A DNA stretch of 30,536 nt, taken from IMG/VR virus record IMGVR_UViG_3300027532_000001; one strand, 5' to 3'. Positions 6,485-15,243 of this stretch are shown here, piece after piece. Origin of the DNA: a virus. The notes beneath the pieces were generated by a model that saw only the letters and a program-made list of their open reading frames with translations, had not been told where the DNA came from and searched no databases. Every line of letters begins with the position of its first letter. Position 1 is the first letter of the stretch. Position numbers and translations under genes: made by a program.

Positions 6485-9400
6485 ATGCCTTTGTATGCAC
6501 TTTCTAGCAATACTGATGGGAGAAATACTCTACATACAATAGATCCAGTTACTCGTACAGATACTTTCGTTGGCAATTTTCCCATTAGATATAGGGATTC
6601 GAATAGAAACGATAGATCTGTTGGCACATTACAGAACATTATATCTATCGGTGATAAACTATACATCCTTCCGTCAAGAGCAGGGGGATTAAGAGAGCTA
6701 ATTATATCTACAAATACAGTATCTATAAGTCGTGATGTTACTGGTGGGGATTTCACTGGTCAATTAAGGAGAGTCCCCAATGGAATTGTAGTTCTAGGCA
6801 CAAATGTTTATTTCGCTTTTGGAAATGAAATCTTCGCAATCAATACAGCACTTACATCGGGATACAGTCTGATTGGTCGGACAGGAACTCTTACTGGTTA
6901 CAAACTATTTACTTATGACAACGTTCTCTATGCACTTTCAAATAATGTAACTGTCCATAAAATTGACCCAACAACAATCGATAATGGAGTTATTGCCACT
7001 GAAAGGATTGGGGATCTAAGTGTTAGTATTGCTGGACTCGTTCAACATGATGGTGTATTATATGGAGTCACAGCAACTAACAGACTTTATCAAATAACTA
7101 TTTCTGCTAGTTCTGCAGATAGTGCACTCCTCGATACTCTTACTGGCAATGCTAGATCGATTAGGGATCTCACATCAGATGATCCTGGCTCCGTCACCCC
7201 ACCCAGAGTAGAGATCACTTCGCAGCGGCTCCATGATATTCGAGCCTCGGGCGACCCAGTTGTTGAGCCTCCAGGATCGGTTCAAGTCCAGTTTGGGTTA
7301 GACCACTCCATCCGTGCTCCAGAAGTTAATTTATTTGTACAACTTACTGTAATCTCAACAGAATTTGATTTAGGGACTCGTAATATATTAATCTTAGGCA
7401 GATTTAGAAATGAACTGAAACTCATAAATGGTGGTGTAGAGATTTTCTCATTTGAGGTTGGTGGGGATAGAAACCCCTTCTCGATGGGAATTAGAGGGAA
7501 TCGACTCTATTTATACACTCTTGGATTAGATGCGACACCCATTATTCAAGTTTATTCATGGAACCTTACTGCATCCTCTATAGAAGTCATAAGATTACCA
7601 GAGGAAGATATCCCAATTCGTAATGTAAGTTTAGGGTTAGACGTACAAACAAGTAATCGTAATCAATTTGGTGAATTTGTTGTACGGCGCGATATAGGTC
7701 AAGAAACAAGAATGCATTTGTTGAATAATAGAATTTATCTAGTAAATACAATCCAGAGACATCTTTTTCCAGAGGGAATTAGATACCAAGTATCTGTATA
7801 TGACTATAATGGTGGATTTCATCCCGAAGAATCAGTAAATGTTGAATTCCCCCCTGATTACCTAGAGTCATTTATCTATAGAGACAGAATATACTTATTT
7901 AACATTCAATCAGAATCATCACCAGGAGTATCTTTTTCCACAGTTAGAGTATATGATTTATCTGGCAATCGACTAACTAATGAGGAATTTAGGACATTCT
8001 ACAGAAGAGGTGGTAGAGTATTTATAGATAGAGGGTTCATCTATGAATTGTTCAACATAGATAGTGGTGGTCAGCCATCTGATCTCAATTTTCCTGATGG
8101 AACGTATCTGTCAGCAATACCATTAGGTGAGAATTTTGATATACGTACCAATCCTCGACGGTTTCTTACAGGATTAAGATCGAGTACAACCATAAATGAT
8201 TTCGCTAAATTACCAGATGACGTCAAGATACTACTTTCCAAAAATCATCAAATTAGATCGACAGCTATTCTAAAGGTTCCAACTGATGGCGATGTGCAGG
8301 TCACATTCGACCAGAGTCATTCCATCCGCGCTGAAGGCGACCCGTTATTGTTGCACGGTCACATGGCAGTGTTTGATCATACTCCTGATCAAGCAATCAT
8401 GCATGTGTATGATACTACTGGCAGGAGGATAGAGGATAGAAGTTTCCCTGTAGACCCATTGGGATTGAGCGTCCCAGTACATCCGTCTCCTCCATCAGCA
8501 AGACAGACTATAGGTCGCATTGACGGCGCGGCTTTGTCAGGAGACAGAATCTATCTGATAGTACGAGAGAGATCTAGTGATAGACCTTCTGAATTCAGGA
8601 CAGAAATATTCGTCATAGGGCTAAATGGAGAAAGGTATATAGAGGAGGAGGAAGTCTTTACAGCGGCCATTGAAAATTCTCTATTGGCACCAGGATTAGC
8701 TGCTACAGATACTAGATTATACTTTGTGCAGAGAGACTCTGATAGCGATGTTTTTAGGATCTTAGTCCATAACACTGCTGGAGTAAGGATAGAGAGTGAA
8801 GATTTCAATTTAGTTGGTAGTCCAGCTTCTGAATTGCACGGGTTGACAACCACTCAAAATAGATTGGTCGCTCTCAGATCCTTTAATAGCAACGTTACTA
8901 ACGGTAGGATTGAATTCTATGAATTCTCAGGATTCTTGAGGGAATCGGAAGGATTCGAGCTACCTGACGAAGATGAAACTGGACTTACATTTTTTAGAGG
9001 AGTCACCGCCATTGATGACAGACTATATGTATTGACAGGAGTGCCTACAGGTGCTACATCTCGAATAAGAGTCTATGGAGTAGATGGCACAAGATACGCT
9101 GACGAAGATTTCACATTAGAATTAAGCGGAATCCTCCCTGCAGCTATCACTCGAGTCCCTCGGTATGACGAGAATGTCGTAATTGAATTTGGGAAACAAC
9201 ACCAGATCCGCGCTGGTGGCGCACTAGACTTCATAGAATTATCTGAATTTGACGTTAGAGTTCTCAACATAAGTAAGAATCACCAAATTCGTGGGTCTGT
9301 TGCCAGCGTCGAGTCGGAACCAGTAGACCTTCGGATAGAGTTCAGTAAATTCCATCGCATACGTGCTGATGGTGATGTCACGATCGCATCCAGAGAAGGT

Positions 9401-12400
9401 GATATTAGAATTACTTTCAGATCCTCACACCGGATAAGGGGTGGTGGTGATATTAGAACTACTCTGCCTGTAGAAGTTAGAGTCACATTTGACCCTAATT
9501 ATTCCATACGTGGGGGAGGGAATCTAGGCTCTCCAGATAAGCTCGTTGAATTTGTATCATTTCACCAACTTAGAGGTGGTGGTGACATTATTGTAAATAG
9601 AACAGAAGATAATAGAGTCATATTTGGACTGAACCATGGTATAAGAGCGTCCTCCACATTAAGAATTAAGCTGCCACCTATTGCTGGTGTTGGACTGGAA
9701 GTCTATATCAATGGACAACTATACCCATTTGCTAGAAAAAGGGTTAGAGTTAAGAGACCATCTGACTCTCCTTCCAGGGCTAAAATCCATGGTCTGATAC
9801 GAGCAAATACTCTGGCAAGGTTACGTCCATCTAGTGATCAAGAAGTTCAAATCTATGACAGAACTCTCAGAAGATTGGTCTTTGGTGGCTACTTGTACGA
9901 GCCTGACACTGAAATCAAATCTGGCAATCAACTCGTAGAAATCACATTCAACTGTTTGGGGTACACTTATCGTCTGCAAAAGACAGACATATCCCAAGAA
10001 CAAGGAATCAATGTTATCAAGCAAACTACTGTGTTAGCACAGATGGAAGCACTTGTTAACATAATGGGAGATGAAGGATTCAGAGTTGGTATAGCACCAT
10101 CTGGTGGCACTACATTAACTTCAGATATTCGGTTCACGGATGTCTACTCCGCGCTGGAACAACTCGCTTCTCTAAATAGTAGTAATGTTGTAGTTGAACA
10201 GAATAAGATAGTATCCATTGTTAATGCAGATAACATTCCTGATTCTAGAGTAGTGCTTAATGAAAGAAATGTTATGTCTATCAAATCCTCAGTTGATAGA
10301 CAAAGCTATAGATCCTTCCAAAGAATGATTGGTGGGTTCGTAACTCGTTCTGAATTGCTATCTGGAGATGGTGGTTCTAGAGCATTCCGTATTGGTGGGA
10401 TGGGTGCTGCTGACTCAACTTCATACTTTGGAGCATCTGCACCAGTAGGACCATTATCTCCGGTAAATGACTTAGGATTGAGATCCCAATTTAGGGGAGA
10501 ACTGGAAAGAATAGATATTTTCGATGAGTTAGTTTCACCAGGTTGGTCGGACCCAGCCTTCCCGCAGGCAGCGCCGGGGTTGGCATGGAAAACGACTCAA
10601 GTTGTTCCCGAAAGGGGTTTACTGGATGAGAGCACAATATTCAATTTCCCCATTCCTCCTCGGTATGTTGAGTCGAATGTTAGAGCCTACATCGCCAGCA
10701 TAGAAATTTCATTCTCTCGGGTAAACATCTCCCTAACCGGGCTGGTAACGAGTGACGATGCGGATGAAGAAATACAGTTCTCATTGCTTGGAATCAACAA
10801 TCTCACACTCATAGTCTCCACTGAATCAGGCGACTCATTAAGCTGGAAGATATCAGATCTAATCTCAGATGGTGACACGAATCCATATTCTTGGGGTCTT
10901 CCAAATAACATTTCAACGCAATTTATCACAGATCTCGCACCGCAAGGAGCCAAAGTTGCTCTTGTAGACACTACTATTGAAGGGGTAGACGTTGATGCTG
11001 TATCTGTGTATACTGATTCTCCAGAAATAAATATGCTCGCTAATCCCGAAGTATTCTTGCCATATTATGACGATGCTGATTTGAAGAGAGTTCTAGATTT
11101 GAGATTGTATAATGGTAAGCTGAGAGTTCTTCTAGATAACAATCTCACCAGAAGGACTGAGCTCACAGCATTAATCCAGCATGTGAACAGCGAGCAGAGT
11201 TGGGCCGCTGAAGTGACACAGGTACAAAACATTCCTCTATTTGATGCAGATGGATTGTCTGGATTCGGTGACGATGTTTATGCCACTCAAGGACTAGCAT
11301 GGAAGACTAAGAGAGAAGGTATAGATGCATCCCCTAATCCTGCCTTGAGCTTCATTACCAATAGTGCCTATGGATTCATATCAACCGAGCCATTCCCTTC
11401 TGCGTACATTAGAGATGGGGCCGACACCCCAAGAGCATTTGTATCTGAATTGTTATTTGATGCAAAGAATAACAGAGTGAGTGTGACCCTCTCTGATAGA
11501 CATACCGGAGATGTACAAAATTCTCTCTACCTGCTAGCCGAAAATCAATTATGGGTAATAGACCCATTAAACCCATTTTTGACATTGGGAGTATTCGGTC
11601 TGAGAGGAAATCTCCCAACATCATTAGATAAACCTAATGGTTTATTTAGTCATAGAGGGTCTTTGTATTGCATTGATATAACTAACAAATCTCTATGGAG
11701 GATCAATTCCCTAGATCCTTCTGATACTTCTGGGCAATTCGGTAGAGTTGGACTTCTACCCAGCTTTGTGGAGTTAAACCCAGAATGGAACGCATCAATT
11801 ATCTTTGAAGATGAGTTGTATCTTGTGGGGAGTGAAAACAGAGTCTATAAGATTGACATCACGGACCCTGATAATGACGATGATGGATTTGGGTTAATAG
11901 GTGCATTTCCATATGATCCAGATCCTATTGACCCACCTCAAATAATAGATTTGACTATTCATAATGGAGTTATGCTAGGTATTTCATCGGGATTTCTATG
12001 GATTGTTGATCTCAATGGAACAAGCCTGGTGTTGGTAAGTAGACTCCCGACTGCGTTTATACCCTTTCCTGGTTCTTCCACAGGATATACAGAAATATTC
12101 AATACCTATTATTCCATTTCTTCCATAAATGGTGAAATATATCTAACAGATGAACAAGGGGGAGTATGGAGATTAGGACTATTAAATCCAGGCAATCCTC
12201 CAGGTGAGATGCATAAAGCAGATATCGATTCTGATGAAGCTGGTCAGATTGCGATGCTGCCAACACCATTACAATTAAGGGGTAATTATCTCGATCCTCG
12301 TATTCCTGTTATACCCTCTCCGGTAAGATCGATGATTTCATATACGGAAGCATCGGTGGATGATGTTAATCTATTTTCGATAGATCGTCTACCTTTCCCA

Positions 12401-14065
12401 GGTGCACCACATATATTGATAGACTGGGGTCTGTATAGACTAGATCCAGACAATTCCGGTGACACTACCAATTTCGGCCCAATTTCTGGACCATTCTACT
12501 TCCAGGATGACATACCATTTGTCGCACAGTTCTTTGGTATGGAAAATGCGGATGGTGAATTGTATGTCTTCCTATTGACCAGACAAGGGTTCTATAGAGT
12601 CTTTGTAGTTGATCCCAATAATCCACACGATGCAGATAGAGGCAGATTAGTTGGCAATATATCTGCTCTCATAATTGAGCCATCTAACCCCACAACATTC
12701 CATGACATATGGTATATCGTAGATAAATCCACGAATATTCTGTACAGTGCTCCCATAGATAATCCCGCCGCTGCAACAGAAGTCAAAACTCTGGGTGCTG
12801 GTGTCCCAGACATGGTCGCATTAACAATTCTAGAAGGGAGACTATATGGGGTTTCCAATCCATTAGACTCTACTTCTGATGCGCAGCTTTGGGTAATTGA
12901 CCCGACCAATGCTGGGGTTACGGAAGTATTTGTAGGCAATCTGCCGCCAGAGATTAGAGACATTCTATCATTGACAACATTTAGAGGTGATATGTGGCTG
13001 TCCTCTTCTGATTCATTATGGATTATTGACCACAATGACCCAGATAATGTTCAAGGAAAATTCGGTAGAGTCAGTGGGTCCAGAGGGCGGATCATATCTT
13101 CGTTTGTTGGGTCACGTAATCGACCCATCCAACTTACGGAGCATGCTCTATCAAATCTGCATCTAGCTGTCAAGACTCTAGATAACTCTGAATACATATG
13201 GTCTATTGACACATTATCCTCCATAGATCGCACTAACAGATTCAATTGGTACAGCCGAGACATCGACCAGGTTCTGATAGACAAGCTCCGCGCTGGAACG
13301 GCGGAGGCTATGTTCTTGGATGGGTCTGACAGTAACGTGCTGCTATCTGTCAGGAGATTCCGCTCCCCGATTGGCAGAAACGGAATCTTGTTCGACTTAG
13401 GTGTTGGTGATACAGGCTTTAGAGAAAGGGCTCTGGAAAATCAACTGTTCGTGACAGCCATAGTGGATTCTTCCCTAGGAGTGGTGGACATCCCGAATAG
13501 AGAGTTCATTTCACAAATTGATAACATTACGGTGGACAGGGTTACTGCTGTCCGTTTGAATGCAGCGGACCAAATCATTGGTCCTGGAGAGTGGTCATTC
13601 AACATAGCTACCCAAGAGATTATTCCTCCAGCTTACTTGAGGTTGCTGAGATTAACCGATTTGATCGAAGTCACGGAAGAGGGACGTTGGATTGTGGAAG
13701 AATCCAGCGGGGTGTCTCCGTCGGTCCATGACACAGAATACGTTAATTTGCCTCTTGTCGAACAAGGCAGGTCGTTAAGTCGAGCTAGACTGAGACAGCA
13801 CCGGAATCCATCGGAATCATTGATGATCACGATCTTCCCCAATGCTCGAGTGCATATAGATGACGGGGAAGGGGTTCGGATTGACACCAGTCTCACGGGT
13901 TCGCTGGGAACGTTGAACCCGGACCAAGACGAAATCTACATCACAGACTATCTAGAGATTAACACCGAGGGTGACATTCTGGTCTATACCGTGAGGGTTT
14001 CGAGGAGAGTGTTCGAATCGAAGCTGAGACCGTTCTGGAATAGGTTGCTGGGCAGTAGAAGGTAG
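6485..14065 (+). CDS. Giant 2526-aa modular tail / host-recognition protein
   Basis: One uninterrupted ORF covering a quarter of the genome. Several blocks of blade-like repeats are present (LYxL / RIYLx...VYDxxGxRxxxEDFxL / LWVIDPxNP...G.LP...LY). There are eleven copies of a short H-x-I-R-[AG]-x-G-D repeat. A central segment (aa ~1090-1330, EVQIYDRTLRRLVFGGYLYEPD...) resembles distal-tail or hub proteins. Duplicated GLAWKT modules start at 10577 and 11291. Confidence 0.75.
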   Translation: MPLYALSSNTDGRNTLHTIDPVTRTDTFVGNFPIRYRDSNRNDRSVGTLQNIISIGDKLYILPSRAGGLRELIISTNTVSISRDVTGGDFTGQLRRVPNGIVVLGTNVYFAFGNEIFAINTALTSGYSLIGRTGTLTGYKLFTYDNVLYALSNNVTVHKIDPTTIDNGVIATERIGDLSVSIAGLVQHDGVLYGVTATNRLYQITISASSADSALLDTLTGNARSIRDLTSDDPGSVTPPRVEITSQRLHDIRASGDPVVEPPGSVQVQFGLDHSIRAPEVNLFVQLTVISTEFDLGTRNILILGRFRNELKLINGGVEIFSFEVGGDRNPFSMGIRGNRLYLYTLGLDATPIIQVYSWNLTASSIEVIRLPEEDIPIRNVSLGLDVQTSNRNQFGEFVVRRDIGQETRMHLLNNRIYLVNTIQRHLFPEGIRYQVSVYDYNGGFHPEESVNVEFPPDYLESFIYRDRIYLFNIQSESSPGVSFSTVRVYDLSGNRLTNEEFRTFYRRGGRVFIDRGFIYELFNIDSGGQPSDLNFPDGTYLSAIPLGENFDIRTNPRRFLTGLRSSTTINDFAKLPDDVKILLSKNHQIRSTAILKVPTDGDVQVTFDQSHSIRAEGDPLLLHGHMAVFDHTPDQAIMHVYDTTGRRIEDRSFPVDPLGLSVPVHPSPPSARQTIGRIDGAALSGDRIYLIVRERSSDRPSEFRTEIFVIGLNGERYIEEEEVFTAAIENSLLAPGLAATDTRLYFVQRDSDSDVFRILVHNTAGVRIESEDFNLVGSPASELHGLTTTQNRLVALRSFNSNVTNGRIEFYEFSGFLRESEGFELPDEDETGLTFFRGVTAIDDRLYVLTGVPTGATSRIRVYGVDGTRYADEDFTLELSGILPAAITRVPRYDENVVIEFGKQHQIRAGGALDFIELSEFDVRVLNISKNHQIRGSVASVESEPVDLRIEFSKFHRIRADGDVTIASREGDIRITFRSSHRIRGGGDIRTTLPVEVRVTFDPNYSIRGGGNLGSPDKLVEFVSFHQLRGGGDIIVNRTEDNRVIFGLNHGIRASSTLRIKLPPIAGVGLEVYINGQLYPFARKRVRVKRPSDSPSRAKIHGLIRANTLARLRPSSDQEVQIYDRTLRRLVFGGYLYEPDTEIKSGNQLVEITFNCLGYTYRLQKTDISQEQGINVIKQTTVLAQMEALVNIMGDEGFRVGIAPSGGTTLTSDIRFTDVYSALEQLASLNSSNVVVEQNKIVSIVNADNIPDSRVVLNERNVMSIKSSVDRQSYRSFQRMIGGFVTRSELLSGDGGSRAFRIGGMGAADSTSYFGASAPVGPLSPVNDLGLRSQFRGELERIDIFDELVSPGWSDPAFPQAAPGLAWKTTQVVPERGLLDESTIFNFPIPPRYVESNVRAYIASIEISFSRVNISLTGLVTSDDADEEIQFSLLGINNLTLIVSTESGDSLSWKISDLISDGDTNPYSWGLPNNISTQFITDLAPQGAKVALVDTTIEGVDVDAVSVYTDSPEINMLANPEVFLPYYDDADLKRVLDLRLYNGKLRVLLDNNLTRRTELTALIQHVNSEQSWAAEVTQVQNIPLFDADGLSGFGDDVYATQGLAWKTKREGIDASPNPALSFITNSAYGFISTEPFPSAYIRDGADTPRAFVSELLFDAKNNRVSVTLSDRHTGDVQNSLYLLAENQLWVIDPLNPFLTLGVFGLRGNLPTSLDKPNGLFSHRGSLYCIDITNKSLWRINSLDPSDTSGQFGRVGLLPSFVELNPEWNASIIFEDELYLVGSENRVYKIDITDPDNDDDGFGLIGAFPYDPDPIDPPQIIDLTIHNGVMLGISSGFLWIVDLNGTSLVLVSRLPTAFIPFPGSSTGYTEIFNTYYSISSINGEIYLTDEQGGVWRLGLLNPGNPPGEMHKADIDSDEAGQIAMLPTPLQLRGNYLDPRIPVIPSPVRSMISYTEASVDDVNLFSIDRLPFPGAPHILIDWGLYRLDPDNSGDTTNFGPISGPFYFQDDIPFVAQFFGMENADGELYVFLLTRQGFYRVFVVDPNNPHDADRGRLVGNISALIIEPSNPTTFHDIWYIVDKSTNILYSAPIDNPAAATEVKTLGAGVPDMVALTILEGRLYGVSNPLDSTSDAQLWVIDPTNAGVTEVFVGNLPPEIRDILSLTTFRGDMWLSSSDSLWIIDHNDPDNVQGKFGRVSGSRGRIISSFVGSRNRPIQLTEHALSNLHLAVKTLDNSEYIWSIDTLSSIDRTNRFNWYSRDIDQVLIDKLRAGTAEAMFLDGSDSNVLLSVRRFRSPIGRNGILFDLGVGDTGFRERALENQLFVTAIVDSSLGVVDIPNREFISQIDNITVDRVTAVRLNAADQIIGPGEWSFNIATQEIIPPAYLRLLRLTDLIEVTEEGRWIVEESSGVSPSVHDTEYVNLPLVEQGRSLSRARLRQHRNPSESLMITIFPNARVHIDDGEGVRIDTSLTGSLGTLNPDQDEIYITDYLEINTEGDILVYTVRVSRRVFESKLRPFWNRLLGSRR

Positions 14066-14091
14066 AGTAGTCGTCACCACCTTCCACTGCC
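14051..14091. terminator. Hairpin between the convergent late and minus-strand operons (bidirectional terminator candidate)
   Basis: GGCAGTAGAAGGT (14051-14063) pairs with ACCTTCCACTGCC (14079-14091) at 12 of 13 positions, with a 15-nt loop. It overlaps the giant gene's stop (TAG 14063-14065) and lies 8 nt from the stop of 14099-14299. Confidence 0.5.
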
Positions 14092-14098
14092 CGTTGGG

Positions 14099-14299
14099 TC
14101 ACAGGGCTCTCCACCCAGACTCACACGTAATCACACTCTTGGGGTGTGGGTGAACATTCAAGGTCTGAGTGTAGACTCGACCAGATGAGTCACATACCCA
14201 CCTGATCGACGAACCCGAAGGGTATGCCGGGAGTTCGAGTTCTTCTCCACAAGCACTCATTCCCAACACGATCCCGGCCGCTGCGAGCAATCTCTTCAT
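14099..14299 (-). CDS. 66-aa lipoprotein (mature ~50 aa, two further Cys)
   Basis: AAGGAG lies 6 nt upstream of the ATG at 14299. MKRLLAAAGIVLGMSAC fits the lipobox rule. It is the last gene of the minus-strand operon and converges on the giant tail gene. Confidence 0.7.
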   Translation of the reverse strand: MKRLLAAAGIVLGMSACGEELELPAYPSGSSIRWVCDSSGRVYTQTLNVHPHPKSVITCESGWRAL

Positions 14300-14323
14300 G
14301 TTGTTCTCCTTACGGTGTCCGGA

Positions 14324-14530
14324 CTACCTGTGCAGCCATTCCCCGAACGCACCAGAGTCGCGGAACACTTCCGCACGTTCTTCTCTCGAACTACGCTTGA
14401 ACAAGCACGTCTTGCAGGTCACGTCATCGGCATCCTCTGCGATGGTCTTCTCGTCGATGATGAGGATCCCGCAGTCGGTCCAGATGTTCGACATCGGTCG
14501 AGGGGCGTGGAGCTTGCGTCGTTGACTCAT
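14324..14530 (-). CDS. 68-aa Cys-containing hypothetical protein
   Basis: The ATG at 14530 lies only ~10 nt downstream of a strong -10 element, so the mRNA would be near-leaderless. Contains DCG...CKTC. GC-rich ORFs overlap it on the opposite strand, so the coding call rests mainly on operon context. Confidence 0.45.
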   Translation of the reverse strand: MSQRRKLHAPRPMSNIWTDCGILIIDEKTIAEDADDVTCKTCLFKRSSREERAEVFRDSGAFGEWLHR

Positions 14531-14539
14531 GATGGCTCG

Positions 14540-14568
14540 AGTATACGCTACTCGAACCTGGGTGTCAA
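14540..14568 (-). promoter_or_regulatory. Sigma70-like promoter TTGACA-N17-TATACT with a 7-bp inverted repeat overlapping the -10
   Basis: The minus strand reads TTGACA (14568-14563), a 17-nt spacer, then TATACT (14545-14540). The arms TCGAGTA / TACTCGA (plus-strand 14537-14543 and 14549-14555) form an operator-like palindrome over the -10. Confidence 0.55.
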
Positions 14569-14569
14569 G

Positions 14570-14983
14570 CTATCCGTCGTACAGCGTCCGCAGCACCACA
14601 GGTCCAAACTCCGGCACCGCCATCCCCACGATGGCAGTCTCCGACGCCCTGCGGTAGTTGTCAACCCAAATGGGCGTGTCTACATCACAGGTGTACATCC
14701 CTCCCTTGTAACCTTCGAAGTCTTTACCCACCGCTGACTTCAACATCTGGATTAGATCCTTCACGAGCATCTCGCCGTTCTCGGACCAAGTGAGTGCCAG
14801 CTGGCTGTAGTCTCCACGGTAGGAGATGAGGCTCACTGGAGAGACGCGGCAGAAGTCGAAGACTACGTGGCGGTCGTCGCCGTCGGAATCCTTCAGGGCG
14901 CTGGGATACGTATTCCGTGACAGCGCGATGACGAGCTTGTCGAGTTCTACGGTCTCGAGACATTTGAAGGTTGTTTCATGCAT
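14570..14983 (-). CDS. 137-aa hypothetical protein
   Basis: The internal ATG at 14983 (MHETTFKCLETVELDKL...) overlaps the upstream gene's TGA by one base (TGATG). The longer track ORF reaching 15145 would overlap the upstream gene heavily. No motif recognised. Confidence 0.55.
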   Translation of the reverse strand: MHETTFKCLETVELDKLVIALSRNTYPSALKDSDGDDRHVVFDFCRVSPVSLISYRGDYSQLALTWSENGEMLVKDLIQMLKSAVGKDFEGYKGGMYTCDVDTPIWVDNYRRASETAIVGMAVPEFGPVVLRTLYDG

Positions 14984-15243
14984 CAGTCTTTCCAGTCCAT
15001 TCCGAGGAATGCCTCGTTGACCCGTCTCTTCCACTCTTCCTTCGGGAAAGACCTTGTGTACAGGAATGCTATGAGTTCGGTCGCGCTGAAACCACCCCTG
15101 CAGCTGCCAACGACAATGGCTTCCTGTGGGCCGTACACGTGACAATAGACTTCATAGGCTCTCAGGGTGATGGCAGAGTCTATGAGAGGAACTTTTCTCG
15201 AACGGGTCCACTCTATGGGGACTTGGATTGGGTGTTTAGTCAT
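14983..15243 (-). CDS. 86-aa hypothetical protein
   Basis: Translationally coupled on both sides: its start overlaps the stop of 15240-15668 and its stop overlaps the next start. AYEVY...G.CRGGFSATELIAFLY resembles a small phage protein family I cannot name. Confidence 0.55.
   Translation of the reverse strand: MTKHPIQVPIEWTRSRKVPLIDSAITLRAYEVYCHVYGPQEAIVVGSCRGGFSATELIAFLYTRSFPKEEWKRRVNEAFLGMDWKD

Noticed and set aside
9330-9600. RGD-like cell-adhesion motifs in the giant protein (IRADGD, IRGGGD).
   Set aside because: None is an actual Arg-Gly-Asp tripeptide. The conserved element is the H-x-I-R-x-x-G-D repeat described in the findings.
14298-14737. Plus-strand ORFs 14298-14525 and 14315-14737.
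   Set aside because: They oppose the surrounding minus-strand operon and have no RBS. They overlap the promoter/operator and the coupled minus-strand genes. GC-rich shadow ORFs.
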